A stretch of 64,000 nucleotides of DNA from a virus. The notes below the pieces were generated by a model. That model did not search any database and had not been told where the DNA came from. It saw nothing but the letters and a program-made list of their open reading frames with translations. The stretch spans positions 336,902 through 400,901 of IMG/VR virus record IMGVR_UViG_3300045988_181003, one strand, 5' to 3'. Made by a program: the position numbers and the translations under genes. Of this stretch, positions 28,147 to 37,997 are shown in pieces. The first letter of the stretch is position 1; each line of letters opens with the position of its first letter.

Positions 28147-30876
28147 TTATTTTAATTTTATTTGAAAATATCCACAAAGAGGTACTGCATATTCTGCACA
28201 AGTACTAAATACAGATCTAAATGTAGCTTTAGCACCAGCATCTGGACTAGTATCTTTGATTGTTGGATATACAAGTTTTTTCTTACCTACATCAGTATTA
28301 GATTCACCCCAACCAGAACCTACATTTGGACAACAGGCAACTGAAAATAAACATTCTCCATTTGTATAAGTACCTCCCATTGTTTTTGGAAAGAGTGTAT
28401 ATGGATATACCTCAGATACACTGTTAGCTTTCTTATCTAGAAGAATATCATCTATTTTCTCATAAATTCCCTCAAATCCATAATATTCATCTGGTCCAAT
28501 AGTTCCATAAGAACTCAGTTCAACTAGATCTTCTTGTTTAGTACATAAATACAATGTAGCTGGATTATCATATATAGTAGTTTTTTCAACTTCTGGTATT
28601 TTATTCATAGTTACCACTGCCTCAAATCCAGTAACATACTGTCGACAAGGCGCTATTCCTATTAATTCTCCATCTAAAATAGGATATTGTATACAAGCCT
28701 CGACAGAATCTAACAAAACTTCCGCTCCAGTTTCGTCTAGAACTTTAAAATTGCTCAAAGAATACTCTTTAAATAGCTGAGCATTCATGTCTGGTCCTTC
28801 TAGAAGTGTTGGTAGATCTTCTATATTTTTATACCAATAAGTAAAACCTAAGTATTGAAATTTAGTATCTGGTTGAATATTATTTTCTACTATCCAAGAT
28901 AATACAATTTGTTGTTCTAGGCAGAGAGTTATATCTGTACTGAGAGAATTAAAAAGAGCAGTTAATACTGGTATCTTAGTTAATGTACTAGAAGTAGCTG
29001 ATGAATATCTATAGAAATCATTTTTTGGAGTATTTCCTGAATATACATAATCCTCTTGACCATTAATTTTATATCTAAAACCTGTCTTAGTTTCCCAATT
29101 GGCAGCACTAGAGTCATAAGCATTAATTATACCTATTCCCCATTTATTCTGTAAATCTTTAGTTCCATATTTTATTAAAGCAGAATAAACATGACTCATC
29201 CAGTGGTACATCATAACAGGTGCTGCCGGAATAAAACCAGTTGAACCTGGATTTTTATTTTTACAATATTGATCACCAGTTATTCTATCGAAGGAATATC
29301 TCCAACACCTACCATTACTAAATCCAGTATATCTATTTAATAGAGTTCCCTCTTGATTAAATATAGCATACCCACTAGCTGGCCAAGAACCGACTGGCAT
29401 TGATTGAGAAAAGAATATAGATCTAGCTGGTGAATTTGATGCGTTTTCGACTGAATATGCTCCAGCACTAATTCCAGTCGGTTCTATTAGTTTAGCTTGA
29501 ACACCTTCATAAAATGTAGGTTTATTAAAAAATCCATAAATTTTTCTACCAGATTCTCCAGTCTCACCACCTATCATCCAAATAGGATCTTTCCAACCAA
29601 TTACTATATCATAACCTTTATCAGTTGTTTCCCAAGGTTGAGTTGGATCAGTTGTTACAACAACCGGGGCATAACTACCATCTGTAAATTTAAACCAATT
29701 GTTTTTCTGTAATTCACCAATTACCTGAACTTTACCAGTACTGCTATCTACGTTAATTAAATAAACCCCCTTCTTATTGATGATATCCATATCTCCAACA
29801 ATAGTCTCTGCCTGTGGATCTAAAGAATTAGGATCCCAAAATGCAGCATTAACTTTAGAGAATTCATTTTCTACCTCCCTTAAATTATCAGAAACTTGTC
29901 TGTATTTAGAGTAATTACTCTGTAAACCCTCCTGACTAAATATTTTAAATTCATTATTTAATGGAGTTGTTAAATCTTTATTAATTTTGAAACAAACCCT
30001 AATGTACTTAGTATTAAAGTCAAGATCTTTTACTTTAATATTTCTTATTACTTTAGAAGGAATAGAACCTGATCCAGAGAATACTGCAAAGTTATCAGTA
30101 TAGTTATAATCTTTATCATAAGTTATTATACCTAACATTCCCTCTGCTAAATATCCATTATAGTATAATTCATCTGATTTATTAACTAAGATATAATCAG
30201 ATAATCCACTATCATTTACTTCTGGTTGAGTTGGATCAGTTTGTAGATTGCCTGAATTGGTTATAGTTCCATTCGTTTCTATATAATATGGATATAGTGG
30301 GATATCAGAGTAATCTATTTCAAAATAATTTCCAATCTCTTTCCATCCAAGAGAAGTATATTGATAATCATGCCAATTATTGTTATGATCTCTAAATCTT
30401 CTAATACAACCTTCTGGGAGTTCTGATTGAACATTATCTTTCCATAATTCATATAATTCAGTATTGGCTTCTTCTGGGGTATTATAAGAGTTCCCAGTAA
30501 TCATAGTTATATTGATTAGGTCAGAATACTGAATTTTCCATTTCAAATCTTTAGATTGAGTTCCTATATTTATATCAAAATTATCATCCAGTGTTTCGAT
30601 TATCTGACCAAATTCAATAGTCTCAATATTTCCTTTTCCTTGGAATATTTCCCACTTAGATACTACTGAATTAGGAAATTCGTGACCAGACACTATTTTT
30701 CCTATTAATTCTGTTACAACATAGTGTTTGTTTTCGTCCTTTACATATACGATTTCACCTTCATATGGGTTAGGGATTGATGTAATCTCACTTAGAGTAT
30801 TAATTCTTTCCCCAACCCTGAAAGGAGTATCAATGGTATTAATCTGTAATGGATCTGTTTTAATAATTTTTGCCAT
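28147..30876 (-). CDS. tail fibre / receptor-binding protein paralog lacking a variable repeat
   Basis: 909 codons; shares N-terminus and central motifs (QVIGELQKNNWFKFTDGSYAPVVV, GYDIVIGW, LEGPDMNAQLFK, FEGIYEKI) with the two VR-bearing paralogs but has an unrelated distal C-terminus. Confidence 0.75.
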   Translation of the reverse strand: MAKIIKTDPLQINTIDTPFRVGERINTLSEITSIPNPYEGEIVYVKDENKHYVVTELIGKIVSGHEFPNSVVSKWEIFQGKGNIETIEFGQIIETLDDNFDINIGTQSKDLKWKIQYSDLINITMITGNSYNTPEEANTELYELWKDNVQSELPEGCIRRFRDHNNNWHDYQYTSLGWKEIGNYFEIDYSDIPLYPYYIETNGTITNSGNLQTDPTQPEVNDSGLSDYILVNKSDELYYNGYLAEGMLGIITYDKDYNYTDNFAVFSGSGSIPSKVIRNIKVKDLDFNTKYIRVCFKINKDLTTPLNNEFKIFSQEGLQSNYSKYRQVSDNLREVENEFSKVNAAFWDPNSLDPQAETIVGDMDIINKKGVYLINVDSSTGKVQVIGELQKNNWFKFTDGSYAPVVVTTDPTQPWETTDKGYDIVIGWKDPIWMIGGETGESGRKIYGFFNKPTFYEGVQAKLIEPTGISAGAYSVENASNSPARSIFFSQSMPVGSWPASGYAIFNQEGTLLNRYTGFSNGRCWRYSFDRITGDQYCKNKNPGSTGFIPAAPVMMYHWMSHVYSALIKYGTKDLQNKWGIGIINAYDSSAANWETKTGFRYKINGQEDYVYSGNTPKNDFYRYSSATSSTLTKIPVLTALFNSLSTDITLCLEQQIVLSWIVENNIQPDTKFQYLGFTYWYKNIEDLPTLLEGPDMNAQLFKEYSLSNFKVLDETGAEVLLDSVEACIQYPILDGELIGIAPCRQYVTGFEAVVTMNKIPEVEKTTIYDNPATLYLCTKQEDLVELSSYGTIGPDEYYGFEGIYEKIDDILLDKKANSVSEVYPYTLFPKTMGGTYTNGECLFSVACCPNVGSGWGESNTDVGKKKLVYPTIKDTSPDAGAKATFRSVFSTCAEYAVPLCGYFQIKLK

Positions 30877-30878
30877 TA

Positions 30879-31352
30879 TTATAAAATTTCAGTTCTTACT
30901 TTATAAAGACCAGAGACCGTAACTATTTCTCCAAATACTTTATATTCAGAATTATTTATTGAAACTAAGGATTCCCCATTACATCCAAATATTTCTGTGC
31001 TAAACGTTGTTTTTCCACCAAATCCATCATCTTTATATATTTTTCCAGTTGCTACCCACTCTGGATATAGTATGACCAGCTTATCTCCTTCATTAGCATT
31101 AATTTCTAAAAGATCTGTAGTTGTATAAACTATTGCATCTAGATAATATCTAATTTGTGAAGGTGTAATACTTGCCCAATCAGTAATAACAACTGATTTT
31201 GGAATATGTCCATAGTAGATTAATTTACTATTATATAAGTAATGAACTGTATCAGTATCAACTGCCCAAGTAACATTAGGTATTGCTACACGCTCAGCAG
31301 CTACATCAGAAAAATATTCGGATTGTTGAGGATATTTAGTAATATATTTCAT
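30879..31352 (-). CDS. hypothetical protein (structural block)
   Basis: 157-codon ORF. Confidence 0.45.
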   Translation of the reverse strand: MKYITKYPQQSEYFSDVAAERVAIPNVTWAVDTDTVHYLYNSKLIYYGHIPKSVVITDWASITPSQIRYYLDAIVYTTTDLLEINANEGDKLVILYPEWVATGKIYKDDGFGGKTTFSTEIFGCNGESLVSINNSEYKVFGEIVTVSGLYKVRTEIL

Positions 31353-31366
31353 ATACGTTCCTCCGA

Positions 31367-31885
31367 TTATTTATTCGTACAACCACAACCAATTTTATTT
31401 GATTCCCAAGAACCATTCTCAGGTAGTCCTAATTCTGAATCACTAGATCCAGGACAAGAACATTGAGTATGACAGTCATTATCTTGAGATGCAAATACTT
31501 GAGAATAATTGTATTGTAGTGTAGTATATATTGAAGTCATTAGATTTCCCCAAGCTAAACAAAATAAATCTTCACGATAATCTGGATCACTAGAATCTAT
31601 TTTTATTTCATATAGTAGATCTTCAATTTCTTTATTTATTATCTTGTCAGTTCCATCTTGATATATTTCAGAAAACTCTGTCAACTTTTGATATATAGTT
31701 GATGCACCACTTAAGATAAGTTTTGTATTAATATATTCTAAGATATATGTAATATATGGACTTAATTCTTTAGATAAGTACCATCTAATACAACTTATTC
31801 CTAAATGACTTTGAACTGCTGTCATACTTGTTTGAAATCTAACATATCCTTCTTCAGCCGACCACTTCATAAATACAAACACCAT
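31367..31885 (-). CDS. hypothetical protein, Cys-rich C-terminus
   Basis: 172-codon ORF. Confidence 0.45.
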   Translation of the reverse strand: MVFVFMKWSAEEGYVRFQTSMTAVQSHLGISCIRWYLSKELSPYITYILEYINTKLILSGASTIYQKLTEFSEIYQDGTDKIINKEIEDLLYEIKIDSSDPDYREDLFCLAWGNLMTSIYTTLQYNYSQVFASQDNDCHTQCSCPGSSDSELGLPENGSWESNKIGCGCTNK

Positions 31886-32198
31886 TAATATAGATTCCAG
31901 TTAATTTTCTAGTATCTTCTGGAACTACATAGTATATAACATTTTGTTTATACTCACTAGGTAATTCTGGAACCATTTCTATCCCCACAATAGTAGTAGA
32001 TTTCATAACTTCATCATTAGTAGAGATCATTATACTACCACCTGATGTCTCTATATCAATCCCAGAACCTTTTTTTATGTCTGATGGACTTATGGCTACA
32101 GCAGAGATATCAGCAATTCCTTTTTCAATTTTGTTAAGATTAGCCGCATTGACTGGAGTAGTACCATCTACCCATTTTGTTTTCACATAATTTTTCAT
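31854..32198 (-). CDS. hypothetical protein
   Basis: 114-codon ORF. Confidence 0.4.
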   Translation of the reverse strand: MKNYVKTKWVDGTTPVNAANLNKIEKGIADISAVAISPSDIKKGSGIDIETSGGSIMISTNDEVMKSTTIVGIEMVPELPSEYKQNVIYYVVPEDTRKLTGIYINGVCIYEVVG

Positions 32199-32210
32199 AT
32201 ATTCTATTAT

Positions 32211-32588
32211 TTAAAATTCTCCACCGTCTATTTCATCAACTTGGTCAGCAGAAATCCAATTATCTGGATTCTCCCAATTTTCCTTAGAAACAGATTTTCC
32301 TATATAATCATAAGTATCCCAAAGATGAGTTTCAGAACATAAAAATCTAATTCTCATTCCTAGGGTTCTTCTTCCCTTACCAACTGATACTATTGCATCT
32401 TGTAATAGCATTTCTTTAGTTGGATCTGCATATTCTTCTAGATTAACATTACAAAAAGATTTAAGTGAATTATTTACTGCTGCAACAGTAGAATTTACTG
32501 TATTGTTAATCGAATTTATATCAGTGTGATAGAGTTTATCACCTAATTTTTTACTTGGAACAGTTGTTCCTGAAATTAATCCACTCAT
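32211..32588 (-). CDS. hypothetical protein
   Basis: 125-codon ORF. Confidence 0.4.
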   Translation of the reverse strand: MSGLISGTTVPSKKLGDKLYHTDINSINNTVNSTVAAVNNSLKSFCNVNLEEYADPTKEMLLQDAIVSVGKGRRTLGMRIRFLCSETHLWDTYDYIGKSVSKENWENPDNWISADQVDEIDGGEF

Positions 32589-32824
32589 GATAATGTCATA
32601 AATCCTAATATGTATTCATCAAAGAACATAGAAGTAGTAACATCAGCTCCATTGCATGTTTCCTTCTCTCTATTTCTATCTTTTTCTGAATTCCCAGTTT
32701 TAACTATACTAGAATATCTAGAAGTTTTATATCCAGATTCTAATACAACCTGAGATTCAGGAGTTTGCCCAGGACCAGTACTTATTCCTGGATTCTTTTT
32801 TCCTGGTTTACTAAATCTTCCCAT
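32585..32824 (-). CDS. hypothetical small protein
   Basis: 79-codon ORF with coupled stop/start. Confidence 0.3.
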   Translation of the reverse strand: MGRFSKPGKKNPGISTGPGQTPESQVVLESGYKTSRYSSIVKTGNSEKDRNREKETCNGADVTTSMFFDEYILGFMTLS

Positions 32825-33158
32825 TTCCTTCTAAATTTTCTAATCTTTTTTTCAACATCTTAATAGCTTCTTCAAGGTATTGAACCCTTTCATTTAACCT
32901 TGTTAAAGCTTCAGAAATTACTTCTTCGTTATCAAGTAAAGCTTTATATACTCCGGTTCCAGTTTTAGATTCCGGATCGTAGGTACCAATTAAAGTATAT
33001 ATATCGGAACCTGCTATTTTTATAACTTCACCAGCTGAATTTTTGGTATATAGTCCTTCTGTTCCTTTATAGATATTTATGGCAATCTCCCCGGCTACAA
33101 TAGACTCGGTTGGAGGAGCAAAACCTTCAACTGTCGATTTTTTTGGTAAAATTTCCAT
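32811..33158 (-). CDS. hypothetical protein with C-terminal coiled coil
   Basis: 115-codon ORF. Confidence 0.4.
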   Translation of the reverse strand: MEILPKKSTVEGFAPPTESIVAGEIAINIYKGTEGLYTKNSAGEVIKIAGSDIYTLIGTYDPESKTGTGVYKALLDNEEVISEALTRLNERVQYLEEAIKMLKKRLENLEGNGKI

Positions 33159-33169
33159 AATTTTTAGTT

Positions 33170-34687
33170 TTAATAGGTTCCACCATCTATTCTAGTTATA
33201 ACTACCGAAGCTTCTATCTTTCCAGTTGTTGTGTTTTTCTCTAGTTTTACTGCATACTCATCAGTGCCTAAAATAGCCTTAGGGACTATTTGATTGATTA
33301 AATAATCTGCTGTTCCCTGAGAATCTACCTTAACAGTTCCAGGGAGATCTGTTGCTGTTACTGTAATATCATGTCCATTAACTATAACTTCTGATATATA
33401 CTTACCATTTTCAGCAGCACCATTTACAACACCAGTTCCATCGGTTTGAGATAAATCAGTTTCTGGTGTATAAGTAACCGCAGTTACATGACCTCTAGCA
33501 TCCTCAGTAATTTGTGATATAAATTTTCCGTCGCCAGGAGTGCCAGTTACTGTAGGTGTTATTGAGGTATGTTTTATTACAACATCCTTATCTAATGTTC
33601 CTGCAGTATTAGAACTGTCAAGCTCAAGACCATCAGAAACTGTTATTTTTCTAGTATCTTTAACTATGTTATCAATAGATACCCCAGAATCTTTAGCTAC
33701 TTTTCCTGATGTTCCAGAAAATATTACAATATCTTTATCAACTGCTCCAGAAGGACCAAAAATAGTATCCTTATGAGTTTCAACTAATTCCCAATTATCT
33801 GAAGTTTCTGCTGCAGTACTATCTGTTTTACAAATCAAAAGATCGCCAACATGCATTTCACCTAATCCGGTTAGATCAGTTTCAGTGGTTACATTATTAG
33901 ATATAACATATGTATCGCCAGCGTCTCCTGCTGGTAATTTAGTAGTAGCGGGATCTAATTGTCCAAGATAGTGCATAGCATCACCAGCTGCTAGAACAGA
34001 GTCTATTTTCTTTCTAACATAATCAATATTGGCTATCTCAAGTCCACCATCCTTATCTAACTCACCACCTACAGCAACTGATGTTCCAACTTTAGGATTT
34101 CCTGGAAGAGTGATACTATTTGATATTGTTACTACGATTTGCTCAGCTTTCCCAGATAAACTTATTACTTGATTATCTTTGGTTTTAATTGATATACTCC
34201 CAGCTTTTTCTATCTCGCTTACTACTTGTGCCCAAGAGAGAAAATCCATTGGGGCATCTCCAGAGGTAACATCTCCTGATGCTATACCAATTAACCCAGC
34301 ATCTGGTGCTTTAGCAAAATGAGATAAATCAATAGTTTCTGGTTTAATAGTTCCTACACCCTTAGTCCATTCAATATCGCTTAAATCAGAACCTATGACA
34401 TGCCCACCAGTAGTTCCGTCTGCAAAAGTTTTTATATGATTCTGTAGACCTGTATTTATTGCGGATAATGCTTCAGTAACATCAGTTATATCAGAAAAAC
34501 TAGCTATTATTTTATATTTACCGACTCCATCACCGTTGCCTAATACAAGAAGAACTTTGGTTTCAGTATCATCTGTATATGTAGCACAGACTGGTAGACC
34601 AGCTTCATAAGTTAATTTATCTAATGCAGCAATTGCTAGTTCCCTATTAGCGTATACCGCAGTATTTCTTTTTATAATTACTTCCAT
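33170..34687 (-). CDS. putative virion structural protein (Gly/Thr/Val-rich, fibre-like)
   Basis: 505 codons, low-complexity T/G/V-rich beta-type composition. Confidence 0.45.
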   Translation of the reverse strand: MEVIIKRNTAVYANRELAIAALDKLTYEAGLPVCATYTDDTETKVLLVLGNGDGVGKYKIIASFSDITDVTEALSAINTGLQNHIKTFADGTTGGHVIGSDLSDIEWTKGVGTIKPETIDLSHFAKAPDAGLIGIASGDVTSGDAPMDFLSWAQVVSEIEKAGSISIKTKDNQVISLSGKAEQIVVTISNSITLPGNPKVGTSVAVGGELDKDGGLEIANIDYVRKKIDSVLAAGDAMHYLGQLDPATTKLPAGDAGDTYVISNNVTTETDLTGLGEMHVGDLLICKTDSTAAETSDNWELVETHKDTIFGPSGAVDKDIVIFSGTSGKVAKDSGVSIDNIVKDTRKITVSDGLELDSSNTAGTLDKDVVIKHTSITPTVTGTPGDGKFISQITEDARGHVTAVTYTPETDLSQTDGTGVVNGAAENGKYISEVIVNGHDITVTATDLPGTVKVDSQGTADYLINQIVPKAILGTDEYAVKLEKNTTTGKIEASVVITRIDGGTY

Positions 34688-34689
34688 TT

Positions 34690-35697
34690 TTATTCGAATG
34701 TTCCGCAGTCAATTCGACCCACGGTTAATTTATTTATATCATTATTGTAAACTAGGCTAACTCCATCTATATTAACTTCTACACCATTTTCTCCAGACAC
34801 AATTGTCTTATCGTCAGATATAACATCTCCACTAAGTATTCCCTCCTCAGTGACTGTTAATGCAATAGTACTAGTATCACTAGATGATTTTATAGTCCAA
34901 TCACTTTTTATGGATTTAATCGAATCTTCTACTTTCTTTAAGTTATTGAATTCTTCTGATGCTCCCTCAGAAAGATCTGGAACATATAATCCACCTGATT
35001 TTATAATCTCAATAGCATTCCCTAATTGGTCTGATTCTTCTGGTGGAATATATAAATTAACAATAGCTTTTAAAATGTCTTTTCCTTCTACAACACGAGA
35101 TCTTTCTAATTCAATTGAATCTGTATTTTCTGGTTCCCATTCTGTTAGTACTGCTGTAAATGGAATCTTTACTTCTTTTTCTTCAGTTTCTCCAGCTTCA
35201 TTAAGTACTTCCCAAGTTAATACTAGAGTCTCATCTTTTTCAATATATTCACCCTTAGTCGGAATGGTTTTTATATCAACAGTATCAAGTACTTCATCAT
35301 TTTTACCAATAATGGATAGAGTTTGCCCTTCCCACTTTAATCCAAGAGTAGCTAACAATTTGCCTTCATTTGTTACCTCAAGAATTTTATCTACACTAGA
35401 GATAACTTCAGGTCCTAAGTTATCAACTTTTGTCCCAATCTCTCTTAGGTCTCCATCTTCATTTAAAATCAAATAAATAACAGCAGTTTTAGATATTTCA
35501 TCTACTACTGATATTTTCTGACCAACATAAGCTAACGGATTTAATTTAGAATATTCCTTCGCTGCTTCCAGTGAATAAAAAACTTCATAATATTCTAATG
35601 AGAATCCATTTTGTCTAAGAGTAGTATTGGTACTTTGTTTAAATTTATCTCCTTCTCCTATTAGGTATGATTTATCTATTACTGCCATATTATTCAA
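34690..35697 (-). CDS. putative structural protein
   Basis: 335-codon ORF. Confidence 0.45.
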   Translation of the reverse strand: MNNMAVIDKSYLIGEGDKFKQSTNTTLRQNGFSLEYYEVFYSLEAAKEYSKLNPLAYVGQKISVVDEISKTAVIYLILNEDGDLREIGTKVDNLGPEVISSVDKILEVTNEGKLLATLGLKWEGQTLSIIGKNDEVLDTVDIKTIPTKGEYIEKDETLVLTWEVLNEAGETEEKEVKIPFTAVLTEWEPENTDSIELERSRVVEGKDILKAIVNLYIPPEESDQLGNAIEIIKSGGLYVPDLSEGASEEFNNLKKVEDSIKSIKSDWTIKSSSDTSTIALTVTEEGILSGDVISDDKTIVSGENGVEVNIDGVSLVYNNDINKLTVGRIDCGTFE

Positions 35698-37003
35698 ATT
35701 TTAATTGTATAACAATATCTTTTAACCAATTCCCAGAGATAGGAGCATACTCCATTACAATATAACTTGCTGAATAAGATGAATCTATGTTACCATCAGC
35801 CCCAGAAATTATAACTTCATGTGATTGAAAATTACTGAGTGATATATTTTCATTATTAGTTGTATCTAACACCTGAGTTAATCCTTTTCGACCATCAGAT
35901 TTTGGCCATGCTATAATCATCTGAGCAGAACCCGCTTTAAGAGTAAATGTTTTTGTTGAGGCAGAATATGAACCTCCTGATTTATTTAACCCACGAAGTT
36001 TAGTATTTAATACACCTGAGGAACTCCAATCCTCTATCTTCTCCACAACAGTTCCATAAAACATACCCATCCGATAGGAACTTAGAACTCCAGACGAAAC
36101 TTGATATTCTTTGCTTCCATTAGACCATAATAATTCTGTAGTAACACCTTTATTATTTTCAGCATAATTAGATGTTCCAATAGTTACAGACCCAGTAAAT
36201 TTTTGAGAATATCCTTCAGGGAGTACAATATTTCCTACTGTTCCTTCTGGAAATGAATCATAAAAATCTCCTGAATAAGATATATTACAAGATGTTATCT
36301 CAGACTCAATTGGTTCTTCAACTCCTGCACATTCGTATTTACCGTCAGTTAAATTTATTCTATATCCTTGTTGAACTGTAGTGCCTATTTCTTTTGATCC
36401 GGTTATTGTTGCTACTATTGATACACTTGGATCTAATAACACAGTAGGTTCAACTGTTGTATCAAGCAATTCATTAAATGCTTGCCAAACTGACTTTCCT
36501 TTGGTTTTCCAAACTTTATCCGATTTTTTTATGTTTCCTACTTCAGAGTAACTACCAAATAGTTGAATATCATCTTTAAAAATTATTTTATCAGCATCGA
36601 CACAACCAGATAAAGGTTCCCAAATATTTTTAGATGTATAGATATAAGCAACTCTATCATAAACTATTTCGGAAATAATAGTTGATATGATAACTATGTC
36701 ACTTTGATGTGGAGTTTTCCCAAAAAGCCCTAAATTGATTGAATCCTCATCAGATACATCAAAAGATGTTCTAGTTACTGTATAGATATCAGATATATCA
36801 CCTGATGAATTAGAATCAGCTAATATTTTATATCCATTAGAATCATCAGAACCGATTACTAAAAGCATATAGATATTAGAATCTTCTTTATATCTCACTA
36901 CAACTGGTTGTGCATAGTCAAAAGTGATAGAGTTCAGTTTCTTAATGGCTTCGCTTCTAGAATCATATATTTTTTCTAGTCTGTCAAATCTAAAACTTCC
37001 CAT
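35690..37003 (-). CDS. putative structural protein
   Basis: 437-codon ORF. Confidence 0.45.
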   Translation of the reverse strand: MGSFRFDRLEKIYDSRSEAIKKLNSITFDYAQPVVVRYKEDSNIYMLLVIGSDDSNGYKILADSNSSGDISDIYTVTRTSFDVSDEDSINLGLFGKTPHQSDIVIISTIISEIVYDRVAYIYTSKNIWEPLSGCVDADKIIFKDDIQLFGSYSEVGNIKKSDKVWKTKGKSVWQAFNELLDTTVEPTVLLDPSVSIVATITGSKEIGTTVQQGYRINLTDGKYECAGVEEPIESEITSCNISYSGDFYDSFPEGTVGNIVLPEGYSQKFTGSVTIGTSNYAENNKGVTTELLWSNGSKEYQVSSGVLSSYRMGMFYGTVVEKIEDWSSSGVLNTKLRGLNKSGGSYSASTKTFTLKAGSAQMIIAWPKSDGRKGLTQVLDTTNNENISLSNFQSHEVIISGADGNIDSSYSASYIVMEYAPISGNWLKDIVIQLKFE

Positions 37004-37004
37004 T

Positions 37005-37508
37005 TTAATCTAATACATTTCCTTTTATATTGATATCTATATCTGTTATTCTATCTTCATCAGTATTTACATCTTCTGTACTTGATTCTAAAATTCTGAT
37101 ATATCTATCTGTTATTATATTTCCATTTTCATCAACTAACGCTAATCCGTCAATCTTATCATCAAAACTTCCTTCACTGGATACATTATATCCACATAAA
37201 GCCTGTCCGCAGATAAACTGTCCACATATAGCAGTTGCTGATTCACATGGATTAACTTTAATTACTTCTAAATCCCTAGGTGTAAATAATTTATCTGGAA
37301 ATTCCTTCATTTTAAATACAGGAAATACTTTTCCGTCTCTAGATACTTTAAAATAAACTTCTTCCAGAGTTAAATCTTGTTCACTAGCACCACCAAGAAA
37401 CCCAAAATAGTTTCCACAAGGCATAGATTTTAACCTCATTGTAGATCCTATCATATCATTATATGTCCAGGTTCCATCAAGATACTCTACTTTTTTACAT
37501 ATTCCCAT
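37005..37508 (-). CDS. hypothetical protein
   Basis: 167-codon ORF. Confidence 0.4.
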   Translation of the reverse strand: MGICKKVEYLDGTWTYNDMIGSTMRLKSMPCGNYFGFLGGASEQDLTLEEVYFKVSRDGKVFPVFKMKEFPDKLFTPRDLEVIKVNPCESATAICGQFICGQALCGYNVSSEGSFDDKIDGLALVDENGNIITDRYIRILESSTEDVNTDEDRITDIDINIKGNVLD

Positions 37509-37997
37509 TTATTTTCCTCCCTTAGCAAGTTTATCTACTACATCATTCCAATGTTTGTATATATTATCCTCACCTGTTTGATGTCCTTTAATCCATTCAA
37601 ATTTTATATTAAGATTTTCTTTTCTAATTATTTCAGAAATTTCATTCTTAATTTTTTGAATATATGGTTTAGTTATTTTCCAATTACCATCTAACCATTC
37701 TTTACATCCTTTATAATCTGAAAATACTATAATTAAATCTTGATCTGTATATGAGCCTTTAAACTCTTTTAGTGCTGTTAGAATAGCATACATTTCAGCA
37801 GTTGGATTACTAATATCGTCACTTCCATAATGAAGTTTCATATATTCTGGAATAATCTCAATAGAAAAGGAGGATAATTGTTTCCCAAAAGGTTTCGCAC
37901 CAATAGGATCAACTAAAATTCCTCCTGCTCCAAGTCTACCAGAACCATTTTTTGATTTCAGATGAGATCCATCTGAAAATATATAATATGTATTCAT
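37509..37997 (-). CDS. rnhA: ribonuclease H (RNase HI-type)
   Basis: FSDGS...GAGG N-terminal Asp motif, AEMYAI catalytic Glu, FSDY Asp, W.KGHQTGEDN...DVVDKLA C-terminal motif. Confidence 0.8.
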   Translation of the reverse strand: MNTYYIFSDGSHLKSKNGSGRLGAGGILVDPIGAKPFGKQLSSFSIEIIPEYMKLHYGSDDISNPTAEMYAILTALKEFKGSYTDQDLIIVFSDYKGCKEWLDGNWKITKPYIQKIKNEISEIIRKENLNIKFEWIKGHQTGEDNIYKHWNDVVDKLAKGGK

